NCBI RefSeq assembly: GCF_001194135.2
Contig: NC_068983.1
Span: 113,952,705-114,016,704 of the forward strand
DNA: 64,000 bases
Direction: 5' to 3'
Source: Octopus bimaculoides
Lineage: Eukaryota
Shown here: positions 27,063-40,250 of the stretch, piece after piece
How positions within the stretch are numbered: the stretch's first letter is position 1
Layout: every line of letters begins with the position of its first letter
Made by a program: the position numbers and the translations under genes
Notes under the pieces: generated by a model
Seen by the model: the letters and a program-made list of their open reading frames with translations, nothing else
Database searches by the model: none
What the model was told of the DNA's origin: nothing

Positions 27063-27523
27063 ATCTGGTAGTGTTAACTGCAATAAACTGGCATCTTGTT
27101 TTGGAGAATATTCTCTCACTCCACACTTTCATGAAATAGCAGCTAAGCATCAGTAATATAAAAGCTCCTTGGTGCTTAGGAGACATTACATGCTGAATCC
27201 ACTGGTGGTGGTCACTGTTAGAAGACTAGCTAAACATACAAAATGTTTCGTCAGCTTTATTTGAGTAAACTTATGACAAAGAAATAACTGAACAAAGCAT
27301 TGGATAGGTTTTATTTTTAATGTGATTCATGTTGTCTAAACATTTCAGACTTAATATGGACTCTCATTTTAAAATGTAAAACATTTATTGTTGGATAGTT
27401 GATTGCTATGCTGAGTTATTTGACACTGTCGAAGTTATTTTAGTGGGTCAATGATATAATATATGTAGTGTTTGTAAGTGTGTGTGTGTGTGTGTGTGTG
27501 ATATAGTATATCAAAGAGAATTG

Positions 27524-27913
27524 TGGAGGCGCAATGGCCCAGTGGTTAGGGCAGCGGACTCGCGGTCATAGGATCGTGGTTTTAATTCCCAGACCGGGCA
27601 TTGTGAGTGTTTATTGAGCGAAAACACCTAAAGCTCCACGAGGCTCCGGCAGGGGATGGTGGCCAACTCTGCTGTACTCTTTCGCCACAACTTTCTCTCA
27701 CTCTTACTTCCTGTTGTGCCTGTAATTCAAAGGGTCAGCCTTGTCACACTGTGTCATGCTGAATATTCCCAAGAACTACGTTAAGGGTACACATGTCTGT
27801 GGAGTGCTCAGCCACTTGCACGTTAATTTCAGGAGCAGGCTATTCTGTTGATCGGATCAACTGGAACCCTCGACGTTGTAAGCAACGGAGTGCCAACAAC
27901 AGCCAACAACAAC
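27524..27913 (+). mobile_element. tRNA-derived SINE family C, full length with 11-bp TSD
   Basis: TGGCCCAGTGG A-box, GGTTTTAATTCC B-box-like, (CAA)n tail; TSD AAAGAGAATTG at 27513-23 and 27914-24. Confidence 0.9.
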
Positions 27914-28416
27914 AAAGAGAATTGAGAGGTGGGTGAGGAGTGTGTGCTGATGGATAATGGTACACTTGTACTTAGTAAGTCTGAAAAAGAGGTAGCATAG
28001 AAGTGCTACCTTGAAAGGGTACTACATGTAGTGAATGCACAAGAGAAAGAGAGTCTTCCTAATGGGGACCCAATAGAGGAATCAGCTTTGTTAGTTGATA
28101 GCAGTATAGAAAATAAGCAATTTAGGATGCAAAGACAGGAAAACTCTTGATCCATCAAAAATCACCAGTGTGATGTGTAAAATATCTGACAGAGTAGGAT
28201 ATGGACTAGCCACTCACATAGTTTAATCAGGTTGTACAGGAAGGTGATATATCCAATGACAGCCTTAAGGTCAATTGTTACAATAGTAAAAAAGATGCCT
28301 AGGTAGAAATAATTACAAAGGCATCAAATTTTTGGATTGGGAGAGTGTAATAGCCCAATTAGTTAGGGACAGAATTAGATGATATATTTTCTGCATATAG
28401 TCTACAATTAGACATT

Positions 28417-28787
28417 GTTGTTATTGTTGTTGGCACTCAGTCGCTTACGACGTCGAGGGTTCCAGTTGATCCAATCAACGAAACAGCCTGCTCGTGAAAT
28501 TAACGTGCAAGTGGCTGAGTACTCCACAGACACGTGTACCCTTAACGTAGTTCTTGGGAATATTCAGCGTGACACAGTGTGACAAGGCTGACCCTTTGAA
28601 ATACAGGCACAACAGAAACAGGAAGTGTGAGAGAAAGTTGTGGTGAACGAGTACTGCAGGGTTCGCCACCATCCCCTGCCGGAGCCTCGTGGAGATTTTT
28701 TAGGTGTTTTCGCTCAATAAACACTCACAACGCCCAGTCTGGGAATCGAAACCGCTGCCCTAACCACTGGGCCATTGCGCCTCCACT
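28417..28787 (-). mobile_element. SINE family C, full length with 12-bp TSD
   Basis: Reverse complement of 27524-27913; TSD CAATTAGACATT at 28405-16 and 28788-99. Confidence 0.9.
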
Positions 28788-29285
28788 CAATTAGACATTA
28801 TATATATTTCTAATGAAACAGTAGTAAATCTTTCTTTGTTTTGAGATATAAAACTTGAGGATGTGCTCTTGGATTCAGATTTGGGACTGACACAAATTCT
28901 TGAGAAATTATAGAAAGCATGATTTGCATGTATATTTAAATTTTCAAGAAAAAATTCTGAAGTGATTTTGTATACATGTGTAAAGCAATAAGTTCTTACT
29001 TACTGTGTGTCAGTGTGTGTATATATGTGTGTTTAATTTACAAGTCACAAGGCCATCTCACTTGTCCTAGTGCCACTAACAAAAGCACCCAGTACATTCT
29101 GTAAAGAGGTTCGTGTTAAGAATGGTATCCAGTTATAGAAATCATGCAAAAACAGAGATACTGGAGAACATCTTGGACCTCTGACTTATTGGGGCCTTCT
29201 GAAACCATCCAGCCCATGCTATATGTCAGCATCAAAAGCAGATGTAAAATGACATTTCTATCTGTGTATCTGTCTGTCTATCTAT

Positions 29286-29318
<33 letters not shown>

Positions 29319-32300
29319 TATATTGTTTGTATAGTTTCAAGCCACTTTAGAATTGTCCACTCACCTGTTTATTTTACCTAGTTCTTTTTCATTAAAATTT
29401 ATGAAATATGAGCAAGTTGCAGTGTTTATGTGTAAGATGCATTGAAGAGGAATCACTATTCTATAGCTTAAAACATACCTGCACAACGTTGCTGATTTAA
29501 CTCACAATTTAATACTAAACATACTGATACAACTTTGGACTAAATCCCCAAAATTGTACCTATATATGTGTTTGTGCGTGAAAGAGACAAAGCATTTTGC
29601 ATTAAGCAGGTATAAAGGAATATTTTTGTTGGCCTAATGTAATAAGACTTTGGAGATTAAGCAGTAAGTTTGATAGCTAATTTGCACTTCACTTTATCAA
29701 CCCCAACAATTCTAAAGTACCTACTTTGAAGTGTTTTGTATTCATTCCTATGTCTTTCTCTGACAAATAATAATGTCTTTATTATTGCCACAAGCATGAT
29801 GATTAATGGAACAGATTACTATTTAGAAACTGAATGAAATGTGTATCGTTCTCTGTGTTTGTCCTCCGTCACCACTTAACTGGTGTTGTGTGTTTCTGTC
29901 CCTGTAACATAGCAATTCAATAAAAGAGACAGCAACAATAAATACCAGGCTTTCAAAATAAAAAAATAAAAAATAGGACTGGAAGCATTGATTCATTCAA
30001 CTAAAATTCTATAAGGTGGTGCCACAGCATGGCTGCAGTCTAATTCTGAAAGAAGTAAAAGATATAAAAAAAACACCAAACAAACATATAGTAAAGTCCC
30101 ATGTGGAGGCCTACTACTTTTGGTCATTCAAGGAACCCCACAGTTATAGCATTATCCTGACTAACAAGTTCTTTTCCAGTTGTAGGCCCACTCATTCAAA
30201 TCATGCTTGCCACTTTCACCTACCTTTTAATAAATTTTCTAGAAGGTAACACTGCCTTCTCTGCCCCCACCTTCCTGTCCAAGTCAAACTTAATATCAGT
30301 AAAGACTTGGTTGACAAGGAAAGTATCTCTTCTATGTCTTGTCAGTTATATCCACTATGCAACCTCTTTAACCAGAGCCATCAGACAAAGAAAAGTTGAT
30401 TTCCATTCCCAGCTAAAGGAAGGTGACAGGGCAGTTTTTCTAATGGACTCAGCAATTGCCAGACCCATTGAACATGTGATAACAGTTGCTCTACATAACC
30501 TTGCAAATGAGTGCTTGTAGAATTGTTTTGTCATTTTGCATGCAACTGAGAGAGGCCTAGCTAACAACATTCCTGTGCCCCATTGAGTTTATTTTGTATT
30601 GGCAAGCCNNNNNNNNNNAATCAAAATTTCTGATAATACTGCCTGGCTGAGATTTCTGAAAGTTATCTAGTTTCCAAGTTGAATGTCTTTTAAAACAAAC
30701 CAATCTGTTGACTCTTGTTGACACAAAATTTTGTTGAGTACATCATTATTAGTCCTCCCTATAAAAACTGATATCCAAGTTATACTGGTCACATTACCTG
30801 ACTTGTTGATATTTGTGTGCACCTGACAACATACCAGATGTTAAATGCTTAGTTCTGTTCTTTGCCTGACCTAGTACTGCAGAATCAGCATGTCCTCACA
30901 TCAGCTATGGTGCACACTGAGCCTTCTGTGCTCATTGGTCTTTTCTGAACAGTGATCTGTGTATCTGCCAAGAGAATATCAGAAAAGTTACTGCAGTGAT
31001 ATCTGGCTTGTAGTAACCAAGCTTTCACAGTTATGTTGCTTTTTGAACCACCAGTATAGGGGCTCTTCCTCTCAATGCGAAGTAGAATTCACAAAGTGCT
31101 GTATTGTTCACCCACTGATGTGAAGGTATGTGAGCTGGGATCATCATGAAACGTGTTAGTTTTATCCTACTGGTGCATCTACATATGTGAGGCTCCAAGT
31201 TGTCAGGGTTTCAACATAGTCATATGTCATTCAATGCTGATGCTTCAGCTGACCGACAGTAATGCCAGCAACATCGTTTGGTTATAGCTGTTCCATCCAA
31301 TACAATAGGAATCATGAGGTCAGAGTAATGGTTTGCATATTCACTTGATAAAAGAGCATGGTGCCAGGCTACCTCCAATTGATAATGGCTGAATGCTTCC
31401 AAGAAGAAACCATAGCTGGATCTAAGTTAGTTTCCAAAAGTGTCTCAACCTCAAGGTGCTGATAGAATTGCCATTCTGGTACTGCCTTGCCTCCCTTATT
31501 TGGAGAGATCAAGATAAAAATGATCACTTGCATACAATTTGATGTGCCATTCTGAGTAACATGCTTAATGGAGCAGCTACCACACTGTGATCTATTGAGT
31601 CTCTTCTTGCAAACAACATGGTCTGTCTTCTGAAGTGCATGGTCTCTGTCTTATTTCCTATATTTTACCCTTTCTCTGGCACTCAATTGACTTTCCACTA
31701 AAGCCGTTAAATTTTTTGAGAGCATACATAGGTGATCTCAGACCTCTCAACCCAAGTATCCTTAAGCTCCCTCCCATTTATGACATTGACTGTACTCCCA
31801 GACATCCTCAACAAAAGAAGCAGAAGCTAAATTCTACCATCTAGCTGCATTCCATTGAGATGTCTGCAATGGTGTTTGTAGAATTGGTCAGTAGAATTTG
31901 CTCTTTTTACAAGCAGTGAAATAATAGATGCTTCAATCTGAACAGGCAAAAACAAGAGCAAGCCATGATGGGCTCAGGCAGTACTATATGATGGACACGA
32001 TGCAGATGTTTGTCTGCTCTGCCCAACCTTCAGGGATAGCTTTCTCTTGGCTCACTCTTGGGTGATATTGATCTCCTTACTCCTAATGTCACCCAAGATA
32101 TTTGAATGGAACCAACTTAACCTGACAGTTAACCCATTACCTCTAATGATAATATACTCATTATACAGTCATAAAAAGTTGTTACTTTGTCCTTGTGTTA
32201 CTGATAAACCATTTAAAAGAAAAACAAATCAATAGTTAGGCTTTCTATAATAAGCTGGAAACTAGTGTACATGTAAATCAACTTTTATAGCCGAGTTGCG

Positions 32301-33179
32301 AATTATATTTTTGCTAAAGCAATTAGGACTACTGCCTTAAAAAGGATACAAAGATGTAGTGGGAGATATACAGGAATCCCTCGTAAGTTGTTCCTGAAAA
32401 TCTGGCTGTAATGTGAACTTCTGAAATGTGGAATTTTTCTATTGATTTTCATATTATCAAGTTAGATTATGTTCCTATGTACTTTTTCAAAGACACCCCC
32501 TCCAAAAAAGAAGCAACAAATAACAAGCAATCCTATCATCTTTATACATGAAAATAATTTTGAAACATACATGGTACAATATAGACATAAAAACACAAAA
32601 ATATTTCAAGAGGAATACATTAGGGAATTAATAAAAGTCAGTATATTGTAAGATTACATTCTTACCACAAAAGATGTTGACTACTGTGTGAGGGGTGGTG
32701 GTGGTGGTGGAATGAGCATTACTAGGAAGATGCGGGACAATATTTACTTTCTTATAGTTCATTAGGCAGCAAGCTGGTAGAATCATTAGCACACCGGATA
32801 AAATGCTTGTCTTTGTGTTCTTAGTTCAAATTCTACCGAGGCTGACTTTGCCTTTCATGGTTGATAAAAAGAGTACCAGTTGAGCATGGTGGGGTCGATA
32901 TAATTGACTTATCACTCCTCTGAACTTGCTGGCCTTCTGCCAAAATTTGAGATAAATATTTACTGTCTTATAATTCATTATCACCAACATCATCTTGAAG
33001 GGTGAAAAACTTATCCAAAGTTGTTTATTGTTTATGATGCATCATCTCTTTGTACAGGAACTGAGCTCATTGTAAACTCCTCTTGTAATTTTTATAATGT
33101 TCATGATTAGAATCATTATTAGCAAAAACCTGCAGACCTCCCTCTATTAGTGTCAACCTTTTAACAATAATTTTTGTAG

Positions 33180-34335
33180 CAAAGTTGAAGGTTTCAGCTA
33201 CATTATCCTCAACATCCATTATGCTGAATTTCTTCCAGAAATCTCCAACTGTAGGTTTATCCTCCTACTCAATTGCTTTCATAAGTTGTTTTGCAAGTTT
33301 CTCTCGTGCAACATGTCTTGAAGTTAGCTATCACACTGGAGCAAAGTTGTATTCTTTGGGATATATTCTGCTCTCACATTATCAGAAGGGTCATCTAAGT
33401 TTGATGGGTGGCTTGGTGCACTGTCTAAAAGAAGTAATGCTCTGTTTGAAATATTGTGTCTGGCACTGTACCTTTCTATTGCACTTTACACTTTTGTGTA
33501 AACCACTCTTTGAAAAGGCTCTCAGTCATCCATGCCTTCTTATTTGAACACAAAATCAGAAGTTAAACTTTGTGTAACCTTTGAAAGCCTTAGAATTTTC
33601 GAAGTGATGCACATGTAGGGGCTTTAATTTCATATCACCTGTGGCATTTCCTCCTGAAAGAAGTGACAGATGATTTCTGGCTGCTTTAAATGCTAGTACT
33701 GATTGTTGTTATCAAGAAATAAAGGTTTTAGTGGGCATGCACTTCTAGAAAAGTGCAGTTTCATCAACATTATATACTTGCTCTGGTATGCAACCCCCGG
33801 CAGCAATCATTTTCTTCAACTGTTTAGGATAATTAGTAGCAGTCCTCCGTATCAGTGACTAAAGTTTCACCAGTCATTTTTATGTTGTGCAAATTCACGC
33901 ACTTCTTAAATCTTTCAAACAAGACTTTACTTGTCAAAAAGGGTTCCTTCATTTGAAGTTTCACTTTCCTTTTTCTACAAATCGTCATATAAACTTTTGG
34001 CTCATTTTTGAATTACCATCATAATTATTGGCACATTACATCAATTCTGATCCTTGACCCATACACTCAAAAATCATTCCATTTTAAGCATTATATTAGA
34101 TCTATGGGAAAATATGGTCTGGACAGCCAGCAGATTAGCTTCTTGAGCACTTGACATAATTTTTTCTGTTGTCACATACTGTTCCTGATGCAAGATTTCA
34201 TGTTCTGGCAATGTAACTTAGTTTCACTTCTGCATAAAGTCTTTTTAAATCATCAAGTTTAATATCCTGTGTAACCACTTTATGGTTCCTTTACACATTA
34301 CTGCCTTCAGGGTTGTCTGATAGACCATCTTAAAT
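33180..34335 (-). mobile_element. Tigger/pogo (CENP-B-like) transposase fossil
   Basis: GGCIPEQVYNVDETALF*KCMPTKTF...GGNATGDMKLKP...SNKKAWMTESLFKEWF, preceded by HTH remnants; many stops. Confidence 0.85.
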
Positions 34336-35717
34336 TGAAGGTAAATTCAACAGAAGCAACAAATATGTAGTAAAAGACATTGACCCAGGAAAAATCTGAT
34401 TTGTAGGAGCAGAAAATTGTCCTATTTCTATCGATGCAATAATGAAAATGAGATGAAAAGGTGAATGACTGAGGAAGAGAAAGTACTACATGATGATAGT
34501 TAGCTTACAGTTCACCAGATTTTATAGATAATTCACCCCTTGCATTTCTGACTTAAGACACACAGTCATGCATACATGTGTTAGCATACATGCTGATATC
34601 TGTTGCCAGTTGGATTCAAAAGTTGATGGGTTGATAGTGGTGATAATGTGGGTTGCATTGGTTTAGATGTTAGTGACAGTGGGCAGGTGTTGTTGGTGTT
34701 ATATTGTTCTTGCTAACTATATTGCTGTGGCTGTTTAAACCAACTTTTAAATGTGCTAGGATATCACTTTATATGTTTTTATTTGAAATGGATTTTCTTG
34801 TCTTCATACCATATATTACTGTTGCTGTTGGTCTTTGTGCTCATGATGATGATAGAAACACACACACACAATCACATTAAGTACATCATATATACATATG
34901 TGTGTGTAATGTGATGATAGTTTTTCAAATCGTTAACTATATCTACTTTGATCTTAACTAAAATGTAAGTGGTCATTGAGCTAAGAAGAAAGTGTAGTTT
35001 TAAATTGTTAATAATTTAAAAACCATGCAATACAAGTTTCCGTAAGAGCAAAATTACAGACCATATCCCAAAATTAATGGTCATACCTTACAATTTCCAT
35101 GAAATCACACAACCTGAGGTGGCTGTAACATAGGGAATGCTTACTCTCTGCCTGCAAACAAATTTTTAAAAACAAAAACTTAGATTATCATAACTTGAAC
35201 TACCTTTGGCTGTGGGTTTTCTCAGTCAGAGCCAACCTGGGGTTAAACAACAATTGGGACTACATGTTTTTATCAAAGAAGCTATGTGATAAATATATAT
35301 ACCCCTGATGTAAGTCTATCAAAGCCAGATCAACTAACTGCATATTAAGACTTGGCTTTAGTACAAACCTATTAATATATCAAGGATAAAATTTACATCT
35401 GCCATACTTCAACTGATTAACATCAGAAGGTAGACTAAGTTAATTGACTTTTTTCCACTGTTTACTTAAAATTAATAGATTATTTATCTGAACCCATGAC
35501 TACTAAAGTGAATGTAACATTTGGCAGAGGTGTTTTCATATTCCTTTGAAAAGCTTTCTGCCTTCAGGCTCTACTTACCACTAATCATTTGGAAACTTTT
35601 GATCGATTATTGTCGCAATGTCATTTGCAGTTTATTGTCAGAACTTTGTGTTGCACATGAGGTTTAGAGCTCTCTCACAGCACTTGTTTAGACCTCTTGA
35701 GCACAAGATTGTGCTAT

Positions 35718-35959
35718 ATAGAGGAGCTTGCCATGATAATATGTACTTCATAGAGCAGCTTTCTATCAGAATACATGTTGTATAGATGAGCTTTCTGTCA
35801 TTATATATGCTGTATAGTCATCATGCATGCTATACAGATCTGCTCTCTATCACAACACCTGTTGTATGAAAGAGCTTTGTATCACAATTCATGCTGGACA
35901 GAGGAGCTCTCTGTAGATGTGTGCTTTATAGAGGAGCTCCCTGTCACAATATCATTTTA
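35718..35959 (+). repeat. Degenerate ~32-bp minisatellite, about 8 units
   Basis: Units start at 35718, 35750, 35782, 35814, 35834, 35866, 35898, 35928; consensus approx. ATAGAGGAGCTCTCTATCACAATACATGCTGT. Confidence 0.8.
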
Positions 35960-36049
35960 TGTGTGGAGAATTAAGGAGCAGTAACTGGTAGTATTATTTA
36001 ATTTGTGTGTGTGTGTGTATGCATGCAAGTAGCAGTCATTAGATCATTA

Positions 36050-36330
36050 CTGCATCTGGGAGACATAACTGGACCTTGTAGAGCACCTGAATTCAGAGAA
36101 TTTGAAAAACAAAAGCCCCTCCAATGCAAACAGTGATAGTGGCCTGACAAAAATTTACAATAAAAAATATTGGTAACCACTGCAGTCCATAATGGAACAG
36201 CTTAGCTGGAAGGTAAGATAAATAGTGAAATGCTTTACTGATGTCCAGGACAACAATTGTATGTGTATTCTTCAAGTAGTCACAATGAGGATGTGTTTGT
36301 TCATTCCACAACAGGAATCTCTCTCCCCAA
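36050..36330 (-). mobile_element. CR1/Jockey-group RT fragment
   Basis: IVVLDISKAF...AKLFHYG... and NSGALQGPVMSP (LDISKAFD and GVPQGS.LSP motifs). Confidence 0.7.
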
Positions 36331-37207
36331 TTAGTTTTAATGGACTCTCAATTCCTTGTCTGTGCCAATAACATCAATGCAGTTGAGTGGTTCTTTTCTT
36401 TTATTAGAGTGTAAAAGTAAACAAAATACAGCACTTAGTATGGTTTGGTGTTGAGCACACTAGTAATGGCTATCAAAGCCTACCAATAATAGGAATAGGT
36501 GGAATATGTCCATAAATCTTCTCTTTGACATGTGCTCATGTCAAAGCATTTTGGGTCCTCACTAGAAGCTTAGTGTTTGTACCCTCAAGACAATCCTAAA
36601 GCTTTTTCATAATCCATGGCTCCATAGAGAAGACTACAAAGCAGTGTGAATACATGACTGCCTTTGAAGATGAAAGCCACTTGCTCATTTGTTCATTGAT
36701 GGCACACAACACAATTCAGAGTCCATGACTTCAACTACCTTGAGTCCAATGTTGCTGACGAGATGGATTTCCCCACACAAGAAACAAGACTGTAACACCT
36801 GTAACCAGCTTCAAAATATGTGGCAACTAAGTGTTCCAGAATTAGTAAGGCTAGTGTTAGTGTGGGCGTGTGTATGTGTTTATATGTGCTCTTGTGTGTG
36901 TGTGTGTATATCTTTTACTAATATATTTTGACAAAAGATGTAAACATTGGACTGATAACTCTGTGCTTTCAAACAAAAATACTTTGTAGTATTTATTGTG
37001 CCAGCATTACAAAGATACTCCTTTGTCACTCTTGCCATTGTAAAGACACTGAAGCTGTACTTGGCTCATAGAAGACTTGTCAGTTACAATGCTATTATTC
37101 ATAAAATGAGCAATTATTTTGATTTTAATAGCTCTTCTTTGTCTCTTGCCCTCAGTATTACTACTATTATGTTTCACTTCAGATATTTCTGCTTTGTTAC
37201 ATTTCAG

Positions 37208-37281
37208 CTGCTGCAACTGCTATGGATTATAATGGTGAAACCAGACGGCTATTCGTTGGTCTAGATAATGGTACAATATCG
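37208..37281 (+). CDS. WDFY2: WDFY2 exon 3 equivalent, (S)AATAMDYNGETRRLFVGLDNGTIS
   Basis: tttcag acceptor, GTGAGT donor at 37282; 74 nt; phase fits previous exon. Confidence 0.95.
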
Positions 37282-37789
37282 GTGAGTATTTTTGTTGTTA
37301 GTTTTGATTTTAAACTATGCAAGCCCTGTTATTCAGGCATTCTTTTGCTGGCAAGGGGTGTAATAAATCTGTGATATTCTAAGAAATAGTTCTTCATATG
37401 TCTGTATGCAGTGGAGTCATAGGAGTGCTGTATAGACACATGCTACATTTTGGATGCTTTTTACCAGTTGGAACCCATCTCTCTCCAGGTCTGAATGTTT
37501 TGAGAGAGAAAGAAAGAGAGAGAGAGTAGGGTGAGAAAGAGGAAGAAAGTAGAATCAGCTTCTGTACTTGGCTGCTACTTTATTTATCAACTTCAAAATG
37601 ATGAAAAGTGGGATTTGAACTCGGAATGTAAAGTGTTAGAACAAATACTACAAAGTATTGTTTCCAAGGTTTTAACAACTGTGCAAGTCATCCACCTTGT
37701 ATGTTTGTCCAAACTAGAGCAATACATAAGCATGTGATGCCCAACAAGAAACAACCATAATAATATCTATTATTATTACTATTATTATT

Positions 37790-39830
37790 AAGGTGGTGAG
37801 CTGGCAGAATTGTTAGCATGCTTGACGAAATGCTTAGCAGTATTTCATCTATTTTTACGTTCTGAGTTCAAATTCTGCCGATGTCGACTTTGCCTTTCAT
37901 TCTTTAGGGGTCGATAAAATAAGTATCAGTTGATTACTGGGGTTGATGTAATCGACTCATCTCTACTTCCTCCAAGCTACCCTTGTAAAAATTTGAAATA
38001 TTATTATTAAGAAGTTGACAAGCTGGCAGAATCGTTAGCATGCTGAATAAAATGCTTACGCTGAACAAAGTACTGGGGTCAATGTAATCGACTAGTCCCC
38101 TCCCCCCAAATTTCAGGCCTTGTGCCTTTAGTAGAAAATATTATTATTATTATTATTATTATTAAGAAGGCAGCGAGCTGGCAGAATTATTAGCATGCTA
38201 GGCAAAATGCTTAATGCAATTTTGTCTGTCCTTATGTTCTGAGTTCAAATTCTACCACGGTTGACTTTACCTTTCATTCTTTCTGGGTTGATAAAATAAG
38301 TACCAATTACACCCTGGGGGTCAATATGATCAAATTATCTCCTCCCTAAAAAATTTTATGCCATGTGCCTATAGTAGAAAGGATTATTATTGTATTAAAA
38401 CCCACAGCTTATATTGCTGGGTATGATGAAAAGTGTCAGCTGTCCACAGCCAGCAGACTAAGGTGACACTTGTTTACTGGTCATGCTTCAAGAACCCTGC
38501 GAAGAATTCTTGCAGTTCCAAGCAATACTGATTGTTGTGGGTGTTCTACCTTCACACTTGCACCAATCTTTTTCAGCCATATTCGTAGTTGAGTGCTGAT
38601 ACTTCCAAGTGCACCAGTTACAATTGGTATCATGTCTACTCTCTTCATTAACCACAACCTTCGTATTTTCCACTTTAAATCATCATAGTTGTTTATTTCT
38701 TCTTTCTTTCCCACTTTAAATCGTCATAGTTGTTTATTTTTTCTTCTTTCACATTGATCCTGTTGGCACCGGGATATGCTATGTCGATTATCATACATGT
38801 TCTTTCTTTTTTATTCACCACAACAATGTCTGGTTTCCTATGTCTGGTTATGTTATCGCATAGGATTTTGCAATTCTCATTTTCGGTGACTCCTTCTGGG
38901 GTTTGCTGATACCACATGTTTGCTCTTTGTAGGCCGTGATTTCCACAGAGTTCCCAATGGATCATTCTTGCCACATTGTCATGGAGTCTTTTGTATTTGC
39001 ATTGTGCCAATTTCAGGCATTCACTAACAATTTGCCATACCGTTTCACCCCTCTCACCATACATTCTGCATTTGTCGCTATCGGTAGTGTTGTCTATTCT
39101 ATACTTTGTTATTATTAAGGCAGTGATTTGGCAGACAAAATGCTTAACAGCCTTTCTTCCAACACTTTACATTCTGAGTTCAAATCTTGCCATGGTCGGC
39201 TTTGCCTTTCATCCTTTTGGAGTTGATAAAATAAGTACCAGCAGGGTACAAGAGCTGTTGTAATCAACAATCTCTTTCCCCCTAAAATTGCAGGCCTTGT
39301 GCCAAAAATTTGAAACAATTATTATTTTGTATCATCATCATCATCATTTAACGTCTGCCTCCCATGCTGGCATGGGTATATTGTTTCTAATCAAGCTTCA
39401 ATCCAACAGTTTTGAAGGGAGAAGATTAGTCAATGCCATCAATCCTAATATTTGATAAATCATTTATCAACACCGAATAGAGTGAATGCAAAATCGACAT
39501 CGGCAAGGTTTGAACTTAGAATGTAAAGAGGCCAAACGAATACCATACAACCTTATTTCTGATGCTCTGGCAATTCTGCCAGTCTACCTCCTTTAATATT
39601 AATAATAGTAATAGTGGTTTCAAATTTTGGCACAAAGCCAGCAATTTCAGAGGAAGGTGTTAGTTGATGATTACATCAACATCAGTACTCAACTGTTACT
39701 TATCTTAACAACCCTAGAAGGATGAAAGGCAAAGTTGACTTAGGAATTTGAATGCATATGTAGAGACAGACAAAATGCAGCTAAGCATTTTGTCCAGTGT
39801 TTCAGCAATTCTGCCAGCTCACCATCTTAA
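37790..39830. mobile_element. Cluster of tRNA SINE family B copies (37790-38390 x3 +, 39118-39320 +, 39520-39830 x2 -) separated by (TAT)n
   Basis: Repeated GAGCTGGCAGAAT..TTAGCA...TTCTGAGTTCAAATTC...GACTTTGCCTTTCATCC...GATAAAATAAGTACCAG. Confidence 0.85.
38420..39070 (-). mobile_element. R4/Dong-type (restriction-like endonuclease) non-LTR 3' fragment with a ~41-bp internal tandem duplication
   Basis: ETVWQIVSEC...YKRLHDNVARMIHWELC...RKPDIVVVNK...IIDIA...KWKIRRLW...IPIVTGALG...LLGTARILRRVLEA*. Confidence 0.88.
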
Positions 39831-39869
39831 TAATGACAATAGAGTGCCTAATAATTAACATGGCAGTGC

Positions 39870-40250
39870 CAGGAGATCAACATATCATGAAAAAAAGAGA
39901 AAAGGTTGATGAATATGGGGACCTGAGAATTGAGATTGCTAAGATGTGGTAGCTACAAGAGTTAAACATAAAGGTTCTCCCTATTGTCATTGGAGCACTG
40001 GGTTCAATACCACCCAATCTGAAAAAACATTTGAAAACTTTTGCAATACACCTAGATTGTAGGGTATTTCTAAAGTTGGCATTACTTGGAACTGCATGCA
40101 TATTGCGTAAAGTACTGTCTGTCTGAGGTCCTTGTGACTTGACAAACAGTACAAAACCCCGCGGTAGACACAATATCTTCAATCAACAACCTCACAATAT
40201 TGCATCTTGTGCGATGTCTATAATAATAATGATGATAATAATAATAATGG
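39870..40250 (+). mobile_element. Second R4/Dong-type 3' end, ending in (TAA)n
   Basis: KREKVDEYGDLRIEIAKMW...PIVIGALGSIP...ALLGTACILRKVLSV* then UTR and TAA repeats. Confidence 0.85.

Noticed and set aside
30100-32000. Higher-complexity, coding-like stretch with 70-105 aa ORFs
   Set aside because: Probably a decayed retroelement, but I found no diagnostic motif to name it or call a gene.
35718-35959. CRISPR-like array
   Set aside because: Eukaryotic context; repeats are contiguous and degenerate with no unique spacers.
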